Below are positions 1 through 9,486 of a stretch of 64,000 nucleotides of DNA, piece by piece. Within the stretch, counting starts at the first letter, position 1. Each line of letters begins with the position of its first letter. Source of the DNA: Candidatus Nanoarchaeia archaeon (GTDB lineage Archaea; Nanobdellota; Nanobdellia; Tiddalikarchaeales; Tiddalikarchaeaceae); contig JBAZGS010000006.1 in the NCBI GenBank assembly GCA_041652755.1, positions 6,443 through 70,442 on the forward strand, written 5' to 3'. The notes under the pieces are model-generated. The model did not search any database. It was not told the origin of the DNA and was given only the letters and a program-made list of their open reading frames with translations. The position numbers were made by a program, and so were the translations under genes.

Positions 1-11
1 GCTATTTTGAC

Positions 12-728
12 TTGCTTTATTCAAATATTAACTCTTACAAAACAAGCATATCAACTATAAACAATTTTGACTTAGAGTTTGTTGTAAAGCCTGTTAATAC
101 AAGATTACTTGGGATTTTTAGCGGGAACAACAATAAGGGGTTCTCGTTCTCAGTCCTTTATATAGTCTTAAGTGTTTTAGTCATAGTATTGCTTTCAAGC
201 ATGAGCATAATTTACGACAAAAAGAATAATTTCATAATAAGATTACGGGCTTCGAAAAATAACCTAATCCCTTACTTACTTTCAAAAATCATTTTTTTCT
301 CAGCAGTTAGTTTTGTAATCTTCATCCCTTCGTTTCTGGTGTTTTTGATAGATAACGCTTTTTTCAGCATAAACATTGTTTCATTGATTGTTACACTTTT
401 TTTAATTTCAGCAACTTGGACACTGTTAGGGTGCATTATTGGATTCTCAAGCAAGGATGAGTCAAGCGGAATAATGATTTCAATATTTATAGGTTTCTTA
501 GTATTGCTGCTTTCAGGGCTTTTTTATCCTTTAGAATTTTTGCCGCAAATCATGAAGTATTTCACAATGGTTCTTCCTACCTCTCTTCATGCATCAATGC
601 TTAACAATGCCTTGATATTCAATGCTTCAATCCCTGATATGTCAAACATTTTTGCCAACAATTTAATTTATGATGCAATATTGTTAATAATATGCTCTTA
701 TTTTATGCTTAAGCCAATAAAGACTTAA
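12..728 (+). CDS. Polytopic membrane protein, possibly an ABC-2-type permease; 5' end runs off the window (ORF begins at a TTG)
   Basis: Six hydrophobic helices (LVIVLLSSMSII, FFSAVSFVIFIPSFLVFLI, IVSLIVTLFLISATW, MISIFIGFLVLLLSGLFY). No catalytic motif. Family assignment is by topology only. Confidence 0.3.
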   Translation: MLYSNINSYKTSISTINNFDLEFVVKPVNTRLLGIFSGNNNKGFSFSVLYIVLSVLVIVLLSSMSIIYDKKNNFIIRLRASKNNLIPYLLSKIIFFSAVSFVIFIPSFLVFLIDNAFFSINIVSLIVTLFLISATWTLLGCIIGFSSKDESSGIMISIFIGFLVLLLSGLFYPLEFLPQIMKYFTMVLPTSLHASMLNNALIFNASIPDMSNIFANNLIYDAILLIICSYFMLKPIKT

Positions 729-731
729 AAA

Positions 732-1127
732 GTGCCAACAAAAAAATTTTTAAAGAGAATTATTTCTTTAAATAATATGATTGAAGATATAATTAGAGAA
801 ACCCAAGAAAAAATTAATGGAATGCAAAAAGATAATGAACAAGCAAAAGTTGACTTTAAAAATGGAGATTTTTCTAAAGTTGTTGAATCTTCTGAAAAGT
901 CGGCAAATTATTTAAGCACAATTGCCAGCTCATTAGAATCTAATGAAAATTTAGAATCAAATAAAGAATTGAAAGATATTTACATAAATACATTAAACTT
1001 AGTTTCAAATTATTATAAGATTGCGCATATTGCCGCAAGAAAAGGAGCTATGGAAGAAAAAGCTGGAGAAACTTTTGGAAAATATTCAGCAATTCAAACA
1101 AAACTAGTAAACTTGCATAATAATTAA
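732..1127 (+). CDS. Hypothetical helical protein (GTG start)
   Basis: Open frame, charged helical composition, no recognisable motif. Confidence 0.25.
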   Translation: MPTKKFLKRIISLNNMIEDIIRETQEKINGMQKDNEQAKVDFKNGDFSKVVESSEKSANYLSTIASSLESNENLESNKELKDIYINTLNLVSNYYKIAHIAARKGAMEEKAGETFGKYSAIQTKLVNLHNN

Positions 1128-1165
1128 TAACCTTTTTTATTTAATTTTGTTTTTTTATATTGTTT

Positions 1166-1486
1166 TTAGTAAATTTTCTGCTTGAGCTTCTCAATTCTTG
1201 TTTTTAATGCATCATTTTTCTTGCTTAATTCCCTGTGGCTGTTGAGCAAAAGATTGTATTTTTTCACCAAATCATTGTATACTATTTTTTTAACAGTGTT
1301 TTTTTCATAATCATCAATTCTGGAGTTCATTTCAGAGATAGTGTTAAGCATTTTTGATTTTATTCCAGAGTCAAGAATAATATTTTTTGAAGTCTTTCTT
1401 CTAAGCTTTTTTGAAATCTCATAAAAAAAAATAAGCGCTGCGTCAATACCTGAAAATAATACTATAAGCAATAATAATGCATTCAT
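1166..1486 (-). CDS. Hypothetical N-terminally membrane-anchored coiled-coil protein
   Basis: N-terminal hydrophobic helix MNALLLLIVLFSGIDAALIFF followed by a K/E-rich heptad-like sequence. Confidence 0.3.
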   Translation of the reverse strand: MNALLLLIVLFSGIDAALIFFYEISKKLRRKTSKNIILDSGIKSKMLNTISEMNSRIDDYEKNTVKKIVYNDLVKKYNLLLNSHRELSKKNDALKTRIEKLKQKIY

Positions 1487-1583
1487 TAATAGATTGGGTT
1501 AAAGTTTTTATTTTTAAACATTGCTATTAAGTGTTTTTTTAAATAAAAATATTTAAAGCCTTAGAAACTCTTCAATTAAGACT

Positions 1584-1916
1584 ATGAAAGAATGCAGCAA
1601 ATGCCATTTTGTACTGGAGAACAATGATGATGCTGCTAAGGTTTCAAAAATGCTTAAGATAAAAAAATCAAACCTTGATAATTCAACTTACCCAATCTTA
1701 GTTGCTGACTTTAATTGCAAAAAATGCAATAAAACTATTCATGTCAAATGGAGCGAGATTAATGATGAGTTTAGCCTTACAAAATGCCCTGATTGCAACA
1801 GCGATTTGACTGTTTCATTATTCTTAGGTGTGATGAATGGGTTTAATCTTAAAAGCGTGTGCTTTTCATGCTACAGCGAAATAGGCAGGGGCACTATTGG
1901 CTGTTTTCAGAAATAG
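1584..1916 (+). CDS. Double zinc-ribbon protein
   Basis: Four CxxC pairs (CSKC, CKKC, CPDC, CFSC) spaced as two zinc ribbons. The 3' end overlaps the convergent gene by 10 nt. Confidence 0.4.
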   Translation: MKECSKCHFVLENNDDAAKVSKMLKIKKSNLDNSTYPILVADFNCKKCNKTIHVKWSEINDEFSLTKCPDCNSDLTVSLFLGVMNGFNLKSVCFSCYSEIGRGTIGCFQK

Positions 1917-2470
1917 AATTCAACGTTTGGCTTTTTAGGCTCTTCCTTTTTAGGCTGAGGCTCATCGTTTCCAAAGATAAAGAATGAATCATTTGGCTTC
2001 TTTTCCTGGCTAGGCATCTTAGTATATTCAGGCTTTAAAGCATAATCTTCGCTCCCGTACTCTGGCTTAAATGTGTACTCATCCTTGCCGTATTCTTTCT
2101 TGGCATAGGGTCCAGGGTTATATTCTTCTCCATATAATGGCTTCTCAGGCTCAGTTCTTGGATAATCAACCCTTGGCGCTTGATACTCATCCCTGGAATA
2201 TTGCGTGTATTCTTTTTTGTCATACTCATTGTTAAGCAGTTCAGCAAATTTTTTATCATGAACCTTTAAAAACATGTCAATTGAATCCCTTAAAGCTCTT
2301 GCTTCATCTGGATTTAGCTTAAATGCGCTTTTAATGCTTGATTGTTCTCCAATTTTTAAAAAAAAGCTTCCTTCAACTGGGTAATCCCTTTCAATCCTTG
2401 GTTCTTCAGCATCTATTTCAATAAAAGTCCTATTATCCTTCCAAAAATGAGTTTTTTTGAATATCTTCAT
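1907..2470 (-). CDS. Hypothetical protein with a globular N-domain and a Tyr/Glu/Lys/Pro-rich low-complexity C-terminal tail
   Basis: The C-terminal half is periodic (K/P)EY units: KKEYTQYSRDEYQAPRVDYPRTEPEKPLYGEEYNPGPYAKKEYGKDEYTFKPEYGSEDYALKPEYTK. Confidence 0.3.
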   Translation of the reverse strand: MKIFKKTHFWKDNRTFIEIDAEEPRIERDYPVEGSFFLKIGEQSSIKSAFKLNPDEARALRDSIDMFLKVHDKKFAELLNNEYDKKEYTQYSRDEYQAPRVDYPRTEPEKPLYGEEYNPGPYAKKEYGKDEYTFKPEYGSEDYALKPEYTKMPSQEKKPNDSFFIFGNDEPQPKKEEPKKPNVEFYF

Positions 2471-2532
2471 GGCTTAAAGGAATTAATCCAGCATTTTTAT
2501 AGTTTTTCAAGCATTAAATATTGTTGTTAATT

Positions 2533-5157
2533 TCATTGCCAAAACCTTCTTGTTCTTATGAACTTTTTCTCTTCTTCTATTATGTCTTTTATTAGCTCAT
2601 CTTCAGACTTGTTCAAATACAATACCCTTTTTGCATTATTAACTCCAACTCCGTAGCCTGCTACTGCAAAGCATGCCTTAATGCCGTAGCCAAGGAATAA
2701 TTCAGCTGTGTCATTAATCATCTTCTCTGTTCTTTCACGATTAGGCTCTAAAAAGCTTATAGTTTTTGCTTGGCAGAAAGGACATTTGGTGTAGGGAAAG
2801 GATTGGACCTGGAAATTGCCTAATTCTTTTTTGCAGTTATTGCACAAAAAGTTAAAAGTTTTTTCCATCAGCCTTTTTTTGACTAGTTCAAGAACTTCGA
2901 AATCATCCTCCCCTCTTAACAGTATTCCTCCAAAGCTTCCGTGATTCAACCCATTTATTGCAAAAATTGACAAATTATTGTCTATAGAGTAAACTATTTT
3001 TGAGCTCTCCATAACTTTTTTTGCGCCATAAAGGTTCATTTTCTCCCTTATCACTTCATTCATTGTTTCTTTGAAAACGTAAGTGCCCTCATAAGCTTTG
3101 ACAATGCTTGCCATTCTTGCACCCATATATTCAGCGCCTTTTTGTATTATTCCGAAACGCTGGCCAACATTGAAGAATCTCATGTGAAAAATTGTTGAAT
3201 TCTTAACGCTTAGCCTGACTAAATCATTAATCATTTGGGGTTTCAGCTCATTCATGATTTGCTTGAAAGAGCTGAAATTAAAGCTTTTTGGCAAAGTGAA
3301 GATTATCCTGTAAGGGTCTGCTTTTGCTGCAATGTTGTAGCCTGTTCTCGCTCCGAGTATGCTTGACAAAGCCATTGACAACGCTTCGTTTATTCTTGAG
3401 CCATTGCATGAATTGATTATTATCTTATCTTCATAATGCTCAATGTATAATATTTTAGAATCAGGTATTATTTTATCTTTGTAATATTTTTTTCTTAATT
3501 TTCCGACAGTAAATGCAACTTTCCTGCTTACAGGTATTAATTCTCCAGTCCATGACGGCACTGCTGCGCTGCTAGGCTTAGTTCTTGCAACGCTGATAAT
3601 ATCATCTTTTATTTCAAGTATTTGCCATGGCTCGCCTTTCATTATTATTTCACTATTTGGCAGGCAGTACTGGGAAACAAAGGATTCGTCAAGGGTTCCA
3701 ATCCTTGCCCTTGTTTCTGTGCTTATTACTTTGTAAGTCTTAAGATCAGGTATTGTTGAAATGCTTTCAAAATAATAATAGAATGATTTGTTTTCCAACG
3801 CCATTTTTTTGCCGTTGACTTTTAAGTACCTTAATTTTTCCAAGAATTTCAAGAAATCAAGCAACTCCTCCTCAGTTATCTTAAATGAGTAGCTCTTGTT
3901 TATGCATTTCAGCAATTGCTCAAAAGTTATTTTTGAATCATCTTTCAAAAATCCGATTATTTGGTGCGCCAAAACATCTAATGAATTCTTTGGAATCAGA
4001 GGCTTTTCTAGATAATTCTTCTTTAATAGTGACATAATTGCGGTTGATTCCAAATAATCATCATCATTAATTGTGAGTATTGCTCCGTTGCTTTTTTTGT
4101 AATACGCGTGCCCGCTTCTTCCAATCCTTTGAACTAATTTGCTTACTTGCCTAGGGCTCATGAATTGAATGACTAAATCAATGCTTCCTACATCAATCCC
4201 TAACTCCATTGAGCTTGTTGCAATAATTGCCTTTAAATTGCCCTCCCTTAGCTCATCTTCCATCATTATTCTTTGCTTTTTTGCAAGTGATGAATGATGA
4301 AGCCCTAATTTCAGCTCAGGAAATAATTTATTAATAGAGTAGGAAAGTATCTCTGCTTGCTGCCTAGTGTTTACGAAAATTATTGCCTTCTTTGACTTGC
4401 TTAAAAGCTCTTTCATTCTTAATATTGAATTAAGCAAGTGCACTGAAATTCCTGCTTTTTTTGCCAACTCCTTATTATCTGCTGAATTGTTCGGTTTTTC
4501 TACAATAATGCTTGTCTCTTTTGGCTCATTAATATTTACTAATTCGCATTCGCGCTTGTTGCATAAGAATTTTTTAACCTCATTCATGTCAGCTATTGTT
4601 GCACTTATTCCAATTCTTTTATAGCCAGCGAATCTTTCAAGCCTTTCAAGACCTAAAGACAATTGGGCTCCTCGCTTGCTAGCTAAAAGTTCATGGATTT
4701 CGTCAACTATCACGAATTTCACGCTTTTTAGGTTAGTTTTCATCTGCTCGCTTAAAAACATTGACTGCAAAGATTCAGGAGTTGTGATTAAAATATTCGG
4801 AGGATTCATTGCCTGCTTTTTTCTTTGATAACTCGTTGTGTCTCCATGCCTAATCTCTGCCCTTAAGCCTAAGAATTTCGCAAAATCAACTATTCTTTTG
4901 TAAATATCCCTATTTAAGCTCTTGGTTGGAGCAATGTATAAAATCTTCAAGCCCTCTCCTTTGCCAGCTATTAATTCAAAAACTGGCAAAATTGCAGCCA
5001 AAGTCTTGCCATAACCTGTTGGCGCAGTGATTAAAACATTCTTTCCTGATATGATTAAAGGAATGGATTTTTTCTGAACACTAGTAAGCTCTGCTATATT
5101 ATTATTTTTCAGCCATTCACTTATTTTGCTACTAGTCATCTTCATAGCTTTAGACAT
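2533..5157 (-). CDS. lhr: Lhr-family large ATP-dependent DEAD/DEAH-box helicase
   Basis: Walker A LITAPTGYGKT, DEIH box VIVDEIHEL, SAT motif GISATI and motif VI QRIGRSGH. The 874-aa length with a long C-terminal Lhr-type domain and a CxxC...CxxC zinc finger (CNNCKK...CPFCQ) matches archaeal Lhr. Confidence 0.85.
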   Translation of the reverse strand: MSKAMKMTSSKISEWLKNNNIAELTSVQKKSIPLIISGKNVLITAPTGYGKTLAAILPVFELIAGKGEGLKILYIAPTKSLNRDIYKRIVDFAKFLGLRAEIRHGDTTSYQRKKQAMNPPNILITTPESLQSMFLSEQMKTNLKSVKFVIVDEIHELLASKRGAQLSLGLERLERFAGYKRIGISATIADMNEVKKFLCNKRECELVNINEPKETSIIVEKPNNSADNKELAKKAGISVHLLNSILRMKELLSKSKKAIIFVNTRQQAEILSYSINKLFPELKLGLHHSSLAKKQRIMMEDELREGNLKAIIATSSMELGIDVGSIDLVIQFMSPRQVSKLVQRIGRSGHAYYKKSNGAILTINDDDYLESTAIMSLLKKNYLEKPLIPKNSLDVLAHQIIGFLKDDSKITFEQLLKCINKSYSFKITEEELLDFLKFLEKLRYLKVNGKKMALENKSFYYYFESISTIPDLKTYKVISTETRARIGTLDESFVSQYCLPNSEIIMKGEPWQILEIKDDIISVARTKPSSAAVPSWTGELIPVSRKVAFTVGKLRKKYYKDKIIPDSKILYIEHYEDKIIINSCNGSRINEALSMALSSILGARTGYNIAAKADPYRIIFTLPKSFNFSSFKQIMNELKPQMINDLVRLSVKNSTIFHMRFFNVGQRFGIIQKGAEYMGARMASIVKAYEGTYVFKETMNEVIREKMNLYGAKKVMESSKIVYSIDNNLSIFAINGLNHGSFGGILLRGEDDFEVLELVKKRLMEKTFNFLCNNCKKELGNFQVQSFPYTKCPFCQAKTISFLEPNRERTEKMINDTAELFLGYGIKACFAVAGYGVGVNNAKRVLYLNKSEDELIKDIIEEEKKFIRTRRFWQ

Positions 5158-5234
5158 TAATCAATTTAAAAAGTTTCATTTAATTTTGTGGTTAGCAATT
5201 TTTAAATAATCATGAATTCATTATTTATACTATT

Positions 5235-6464
5235 ATGGAAAAAGTTTTTTTGAAAGTTTTAAGCGAAATTAAGCCTAGCAATGAAGAGACTAAAATGCTT
5301 AATGAGGTTTCAAGCAAGATTATTAAAGTTTTAGAAAAAAATGCGAAAGAATTAGGAGTTAATATTCAAGCTGTTCTTGGCGGAAGCGCTTCAAGAGGCA
5401 CTAACATGAAAGGGAATTTTGACCTAGATTTTTTTGTAAGGTTTGATTCAGAAAAAGATATTATTGAGCATTATAAATTACTGATTACTAAAAGCTTTGA
5501 CGGCTTTAAAATAGTTCACGGCACAAGAGAGTATTTTAATGGAATTTTTGAAGGCTACAAGGTCGAGTTCGTTCCAAGCATCAAATATGATTCGCCTAAC
5601 AAGGCTAAAAACTCAGCAGATATCAGTTTTTTTCACATAGATTATTTGAAAAAAAAATTTGACAAAAATCCTGAATTAAAAAATGAAGTATTATTGCTTA
5701 AGCAGTTTTTGAAAGCCAATGACATCTATGGCGCTGAAAGCGCAAGAAGCGGTTTTTCTGGCTACGTTTGCGAGCTGTTGATTATTTATTTCAAAGGATT
5801 TTATAACCTTTTGGAATATTTCGAGGTTGCTAAGCCTAAAGTGGTTGTTGATATTGAAAAGCATTATAAAAGCAGCGATGATGCAATAAAAGCGTTTAAC
5901 AAGAACAAGATTAGCGGACCCTTGTTAGTTGTTGACCCTCAGCTTCCCCTAAGGAATGCTGCATCCTGCGTTTCAATGACTAGTTTTTCTGAGTTCATTT
6001 TCAAGGCAAGGCTTTTTTTAAGAACTAATGACCCTAAATTGTTCAACATCAGAGGAATTAAATTAAGTCTTGTTAGGGAAAGAAGCTTAAGGAGAGGGAC
6101 TAAACTCATTGCTTTTAAATTAAAAAAAGAAGGGGATTTTGACATTTTAAAAGCTAAGGCTTTAAGGAAGCTTAATCAAATAGAAAGCAGCTTAGAAAAG
6201 GAAGGTTTTGGAATATACTCTTATGGTGTGACAGATGACTCTTATGCTTATTTTGAATTAGAATCCATTAAGGTGTCAAAGGCAAAGAAGCATTTTGGCC
6301 CAGTTGTTTGGTGCGAGCCTAATAATTTCTCAGAATTTGTGAAAAAATGGAGCATTCATGGCATTTCAAAGCCTTACGTTTTTGGCAATAAATTAGTTGT
6401 TGATGTTTTAAGAACTGAGGATTCTAAAGATTTTATTAAAAAAATGCTGGCTGATTATTTATGA
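5235..6464 (+). CDS. cca: tRNA CCA-adding nucleotidyltransferase, archaeal class I
   Basis: Pol-beta-type NTase motif GGSASRGTNMKGNFDLDFFVRF. The block LKQFLKANDIYGAESARSGFSGYVCELLIIYF closely matches the archaeal CCA enzyme (A. fulgidus [32 protein letters not shown]). Length is about 409 aa. Confidence 0.9.
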   Translation: MEKVFLKVLSEIKPSNEETKMLNEVSSKIIKVLEKNAKELGVNIQAVLGGSASRGTNMKGNFDLDFFVRFDSEKDIIEHYKLLITKSFDGFKIVHGTREYFNGIFEGYKVEFVPSIKYDSPNKAKNSADISFFHIDYLKKKFDKNPELKNEVLLLKQFLKANDIYGAESARSGFSGYVCELLIIYFKGFYNLLEYFEVAKPKVVVDIEKHYKSSDDAIKAFNKNKISGPLLVVDPQLPLRNAASCVSMTSFSEFIFKARLFLRTNDPKLFNIRGIKLSLVRERSLRRGTKLIAFKLKKEGDFDILKAKALRKLNQIESSLEKEGFGIYSYGVTDDSYAYFELESIKVSKAKKHFGPVVWCEPNNFSEFVKKWSIHGISKPYVFGNKLVVDVLRTEDSKDFIKKMLADYL

Positions 6465-7297
6465 AAAGAGAATTTTACAGCTCTTACATTGAAAGGTTTG
6501 GTAAAGAATTCACTGATGAATTGATTGCAAAAATTAACACTCCTTACACTCAATACTTAAGAGTTAACACTTTAAAGATTATACCTGAAGAACTGATTGC
6601 AAGACTCAGATACAAAGGCTTTGTGTTAGAAGAACAAGAAGAGCTTGATTATTGCTTTAAGATAGTAAAGAAACCTTTTGCTTTAAGCTCAACTGAAGAG
6701 TATTTGCTTGGTTATTTTTACCTGCAGGATAAGGCAAGCATGATTAGCGTTAATGAGCTGAATGCTAAAGAGACTGATTTAGTGCTTGATTCTTGCGGAG
6801 CTCCAGGAGGAAAAGCAACATTGCTTTCCCAGCTAATGAACAATAAAGGCGCAATCATCTCAATTGACAATAAGTCTGAAAGGCTTAAAGCTGAAGTTTT
6901 TAACATTCAAAGGCTTGGCTGCATCAACATTGCAAGCTTTGAAATGGATGCCTTGAAAGTGAAAAGGCTGGATTTAAAGTTTGACAAAGTGTTGCTTGAT
7001 GCACCATGTAGTGCAACTGGCACTATGTGGAAGGAGAAGAAAAGAATGAAGTCAGTGAATAAGCATTTGGTGTCAGAGCATTCGATTTTGCAGAAAAAAT
7101 TAATCAAAAGCTGCTATGATGTTTTAAAAAAAGGGGGAGTAATGCTTTATTCCACCTGCAGCCTTGAAGCTGAAGAAAATGAAGAAAATGCTGCTTATGC
7201 AGAGAGCATTGGATTAAAAAAATTAAAGGAAAAATATTTCTTCCCGAACGTTGACGACACTATAGGATTTTATTATTGCCTGCTTAAGAAATCATGA
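6461..7297 (+). CDS. NOL1/NOP2/Sun-family RNA (cytosine-C5)-methyltransferase
   Basis: SAM motif LDSCGAPGGKAT and catalytic motifs DAPCSATGT and YSTCSL. The start overlaps the cca stop (ATGA). Confidence 0.8.
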   Translation: MKREFYSSYIERFGKEFTDELIAKINTPYTQYLRVNTLKIIPEELIARLRYKGFVLEEQEELDYCFKIVKKPFALSSTEEYLLGYFYLQDKASMISVNELNAKETDLVLDSCGAPGGKATLLSQLMNNKGAIISIDNKSERLKAEVFNIQRLGCINIASFEMDALKVKRLDLKFDKVLLDAPCSATGTMWKEKKRMKSVNKHLVSEHSILQKKLIKSCYDVLKKGGVMLYSTCSLEAEENEENAAYAESIGLKKLKEKYFFPNVDDTIGFYYCLLKKS

Positions 7298-7732
7298 GAT
7301 GTAATAATTATTTTTTATCTCTTCAATTTTCCAGTTCTTTATCATCTCTTCGCATAGTTTTTTTTTCATGGGATTATATTTTTTTAAACAGTAATTCACT
7401 GAAGATTTTATTGAATTCATCATATCTTGCTCATCACTTAACATTGATTTTTTTATCTGCCAACTAAGCAGGGATAACTCTTTGATGTTTTCATAAATCT
7501 CTTCCTTAATTGCTGAAGTAATCATTTTTGACTCATGATTTTCTATGACATTTTTTGGGGAAATTATCTGCATTAATTCAGCTTTATGGCTGCTTAATTT
7601 TTTGATTATTTGGATTAATATTTGGTTTACCATTGGCTCTCCTTTTTTTAAATGAAGATTAAACTCTTTTTTTAATGCTTCATAATCAATTCCGCTGCTT
7701 GTTAATTTCTTTAATAATTCTGATTTTTTCAT
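7292..7732 (-). CDS. Hypothetical protein
   Basis: Open frame only. Helical K/E-rich sequence. Confidence 0.25.
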   Translation of the reverse strand: MKKSELLKKLTSSGIDYEALKKEFNLHLKKGEPMVNQILIQIIKKLSSHKAELMQIISPKNVIENHESKMITSAIKEEIYENIKELSLLSWQIKKSMLSDEQDMMNSIKSSVNYCLKKYNPMKKKLCEEMIKNWKIEEIKNNYYIS

Positions 7733-7747
7733 AGTATTTTTTAAAGC

Positions 7748-8209
7748 ATGGCGCTTTTTATAACTATTATGATTGATGATGTTATTAAGTCTTTTAAGGA
7801 GGATTTTGCAGCTGAACCTAGCATTCCTAAAAATGCTGAATTCTTCAATGATTCATTGATTATAATGAGTGAGGGGTTAAAGAATCTTAAGCTAAAAAGC
7901 GGCCAAATTTACTCCAAAGGGCTTATTATTTTTAAAAAAAAAGCCTTCAGTTACTTGATTAGCTTTAATAAAAAAAAAATAAAGAATTACTTGGTGCTTA
8001 ATGAAAAAAGCAGTTTTCTTTTCACATGCAACAGGACTATATTCCTTAAGGGTGTTAATAAAAAGCAAGGAAGAGGGCCTAATTACGTTGTTTTCAATGG
8101 CAATGATGAACTTTTAGGAATAGCTTACAGGGAAAAATCAGGGCTTAAAAACAAGGTTAATATTGGGTATTATTTGAACCAGGATAATATGAAAGAACCT
8201 GCTTTTTAA
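7748..8209 (+). CDS. Hypothetical protein with a possible C-terminal PUA-like fold
   Basis: The C-terminal YVVFNGNDELLGIAYRE...VNIGYYL weakly resembles a PUA barrel. Low certainty. Confidence 0.25.
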   Translation: MALFITIMIDDVIKSFKEDFAAEPSIPKNAEFFNDSLIIMSEGLKNLKLKSGQIYSKGLIIFKKKAFSYLISFNKKKIKNYLVLNEKSSFLFTCNRTIFLKGVNKKQGRGPNYVVFNGNDELLGIAYREKSGLKNKVNIGYYLNQDNMKEPAF

Positions 8210-8889
8210 ATAATCTTTAAATGGTTAATAGTGATTGATTCTTTAAGCTTTATGTAATTTTTTAGCGGCCCATTCTTTTCATTGCTTCCTAGGAAAAACT
8301 CGTTGAATGCGGGAAAGGATATTAAAATTTTTATTGATGTTTTAATTTTCTTAATTGAATAAAATTTTTCATTGTCAAAACTGTAAAAATTCCATGTTTT
8401 CAGCCTTGTTGTTTTTCCCAAATAATTTCTGAATTCGTAATTTGAATGAAAATGCCCAATTATCAAAGTTTCTGCATTAATTAATGCTTCCTTGCTGGGC
8501 ATTTTATGCCCATGAATAAACAAGTAATCATCAAGCAATAACTCATTTTTTACGGTTATGTTTTCAAAAATTTTTGCATACTTTTCTATTAAACCATCAT
8601 GATTGCCTTTGATTATTATTATTTCATTAAAAATCTTTGACAGTTCTGCCAGGAAATCCGTGATGCTTTTTTTATAGCTGCTAATTATATCATCCTTTAA
8701 ATCCCCTAATATTATTAGTTTACATATTTTTTTTTTTGCAAACTTTATAATTTTTAGCATCTTTTTTGTTTGAGAAAAAATAGTGTAACCTTTGGATTGC
8801 AGCCCTTTTTCAAAACCTATATGCAAATCAGAAATCACCAAATAATCCTTTATTATTGCCATTGGCAAATCTTTTATCAGCTCAATCAT
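8206..8889 (-). CDS. Calcineurin-like metallophosphoesterase
   Basis: Ordered motifs D-x-H (VISDLHIG), GD (ILGDLKDD), GNHD, and GH-x-H (IIGHFHSN). Confidence 0.7.
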   Translation of the reverse strand: MIELIKDLPMAIIKDYLVISDLHIGFEKGLQSKGYTIFSQTKKMLKIIKFAKKKICKLIILGDLKDDIISSYKKSITDFLAELSKIFNEIIIIKGNHDGLIEKYAKIFENITVKNELLLDDYLFIHGHKMPSKEALINAETLIIGHFHSNYEFRNYLGKTTRLKTWNFYSFDNEKFYSIKKIKTSIKILISFPAFNEFFLGSNEKNGPLKNYIKLKESITINHLKII

Positions 8890-8938
8890 GGGTTTTCATA
8901 ATGTTTTTAATAAGTTAAATATTTATTTAATGCTTATT

Positions 8939-9484
8939 ATGGCAGAGGAACAGTGTATCTATTGCATGATTGCGCAGAACAAGATTCAAAGCGCTAAAGT
9001 TTATGAAGATGAATACTGCGTTGCTTTTTTGGATATTAAGCCAGCAACTAAAGGCCATATGCAGGTTATTTCTAAGGCTCATTCGCCTATTTTCATGGAA
9101 TTAGATGAAGCAACAAAGAATAAGATGTTTAGCATTGCTTTAAATGTTGGGCAAACAATTGTCAAAAAGCTTGGAGCTACTGGAGTTTCATATATCATTA
9201 ATGAGGGCATTGGCGCTGGCCAAAGAGTTGCCCATTCCAGCATTCATGTAATTCCTAGATACGAAAATGACGAAGTTTCTATTGATTGGCCTGACAAGCA
9301 GATGAATCAGGAAGAGCTTTCAAAGTATATCAGCGAAGTTGTTACTCAGATAACTTCACAAAGTGCCCAGCAACCTGGCAACCATAAGCCTGAACTGAAA
9401 GCTGCTGATAAAACTGAAGACAAAAAAGAGCAAAAACCCGAAGAAGTTATTAAGATTAAGCCTAGAATCCCAAAGTATTGGTGA
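8939..9484 (+). CDS. HIT-family (histidine triad) nucleotide hydrolase with a charged C-terminal extension
   Basis: N-terminal CIYCMIAQ and histidine triad HSSIHVIP. Start moved to the ATG at 8939 (MAEEQ); the track ORF starts at 8888. Confidence 0.75.
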   Translation: MAEEQCIYCMIAQNKIQSAKVYEDEYCVAFLDIKPATKGHMQVISKAHSPIFMELDEATKNKMFSIALNVGQTIVKKLGATGVSYIINEGIGAGQRVAHSSIHVIPRYENDEVSIDWPDKQMNQEELSKYISEVVTQITSQSAQQPGNHKPELKAADKTEDKKEQKPEEVIKIKPRIPKYW

Positions 9485-9486
9485 AA

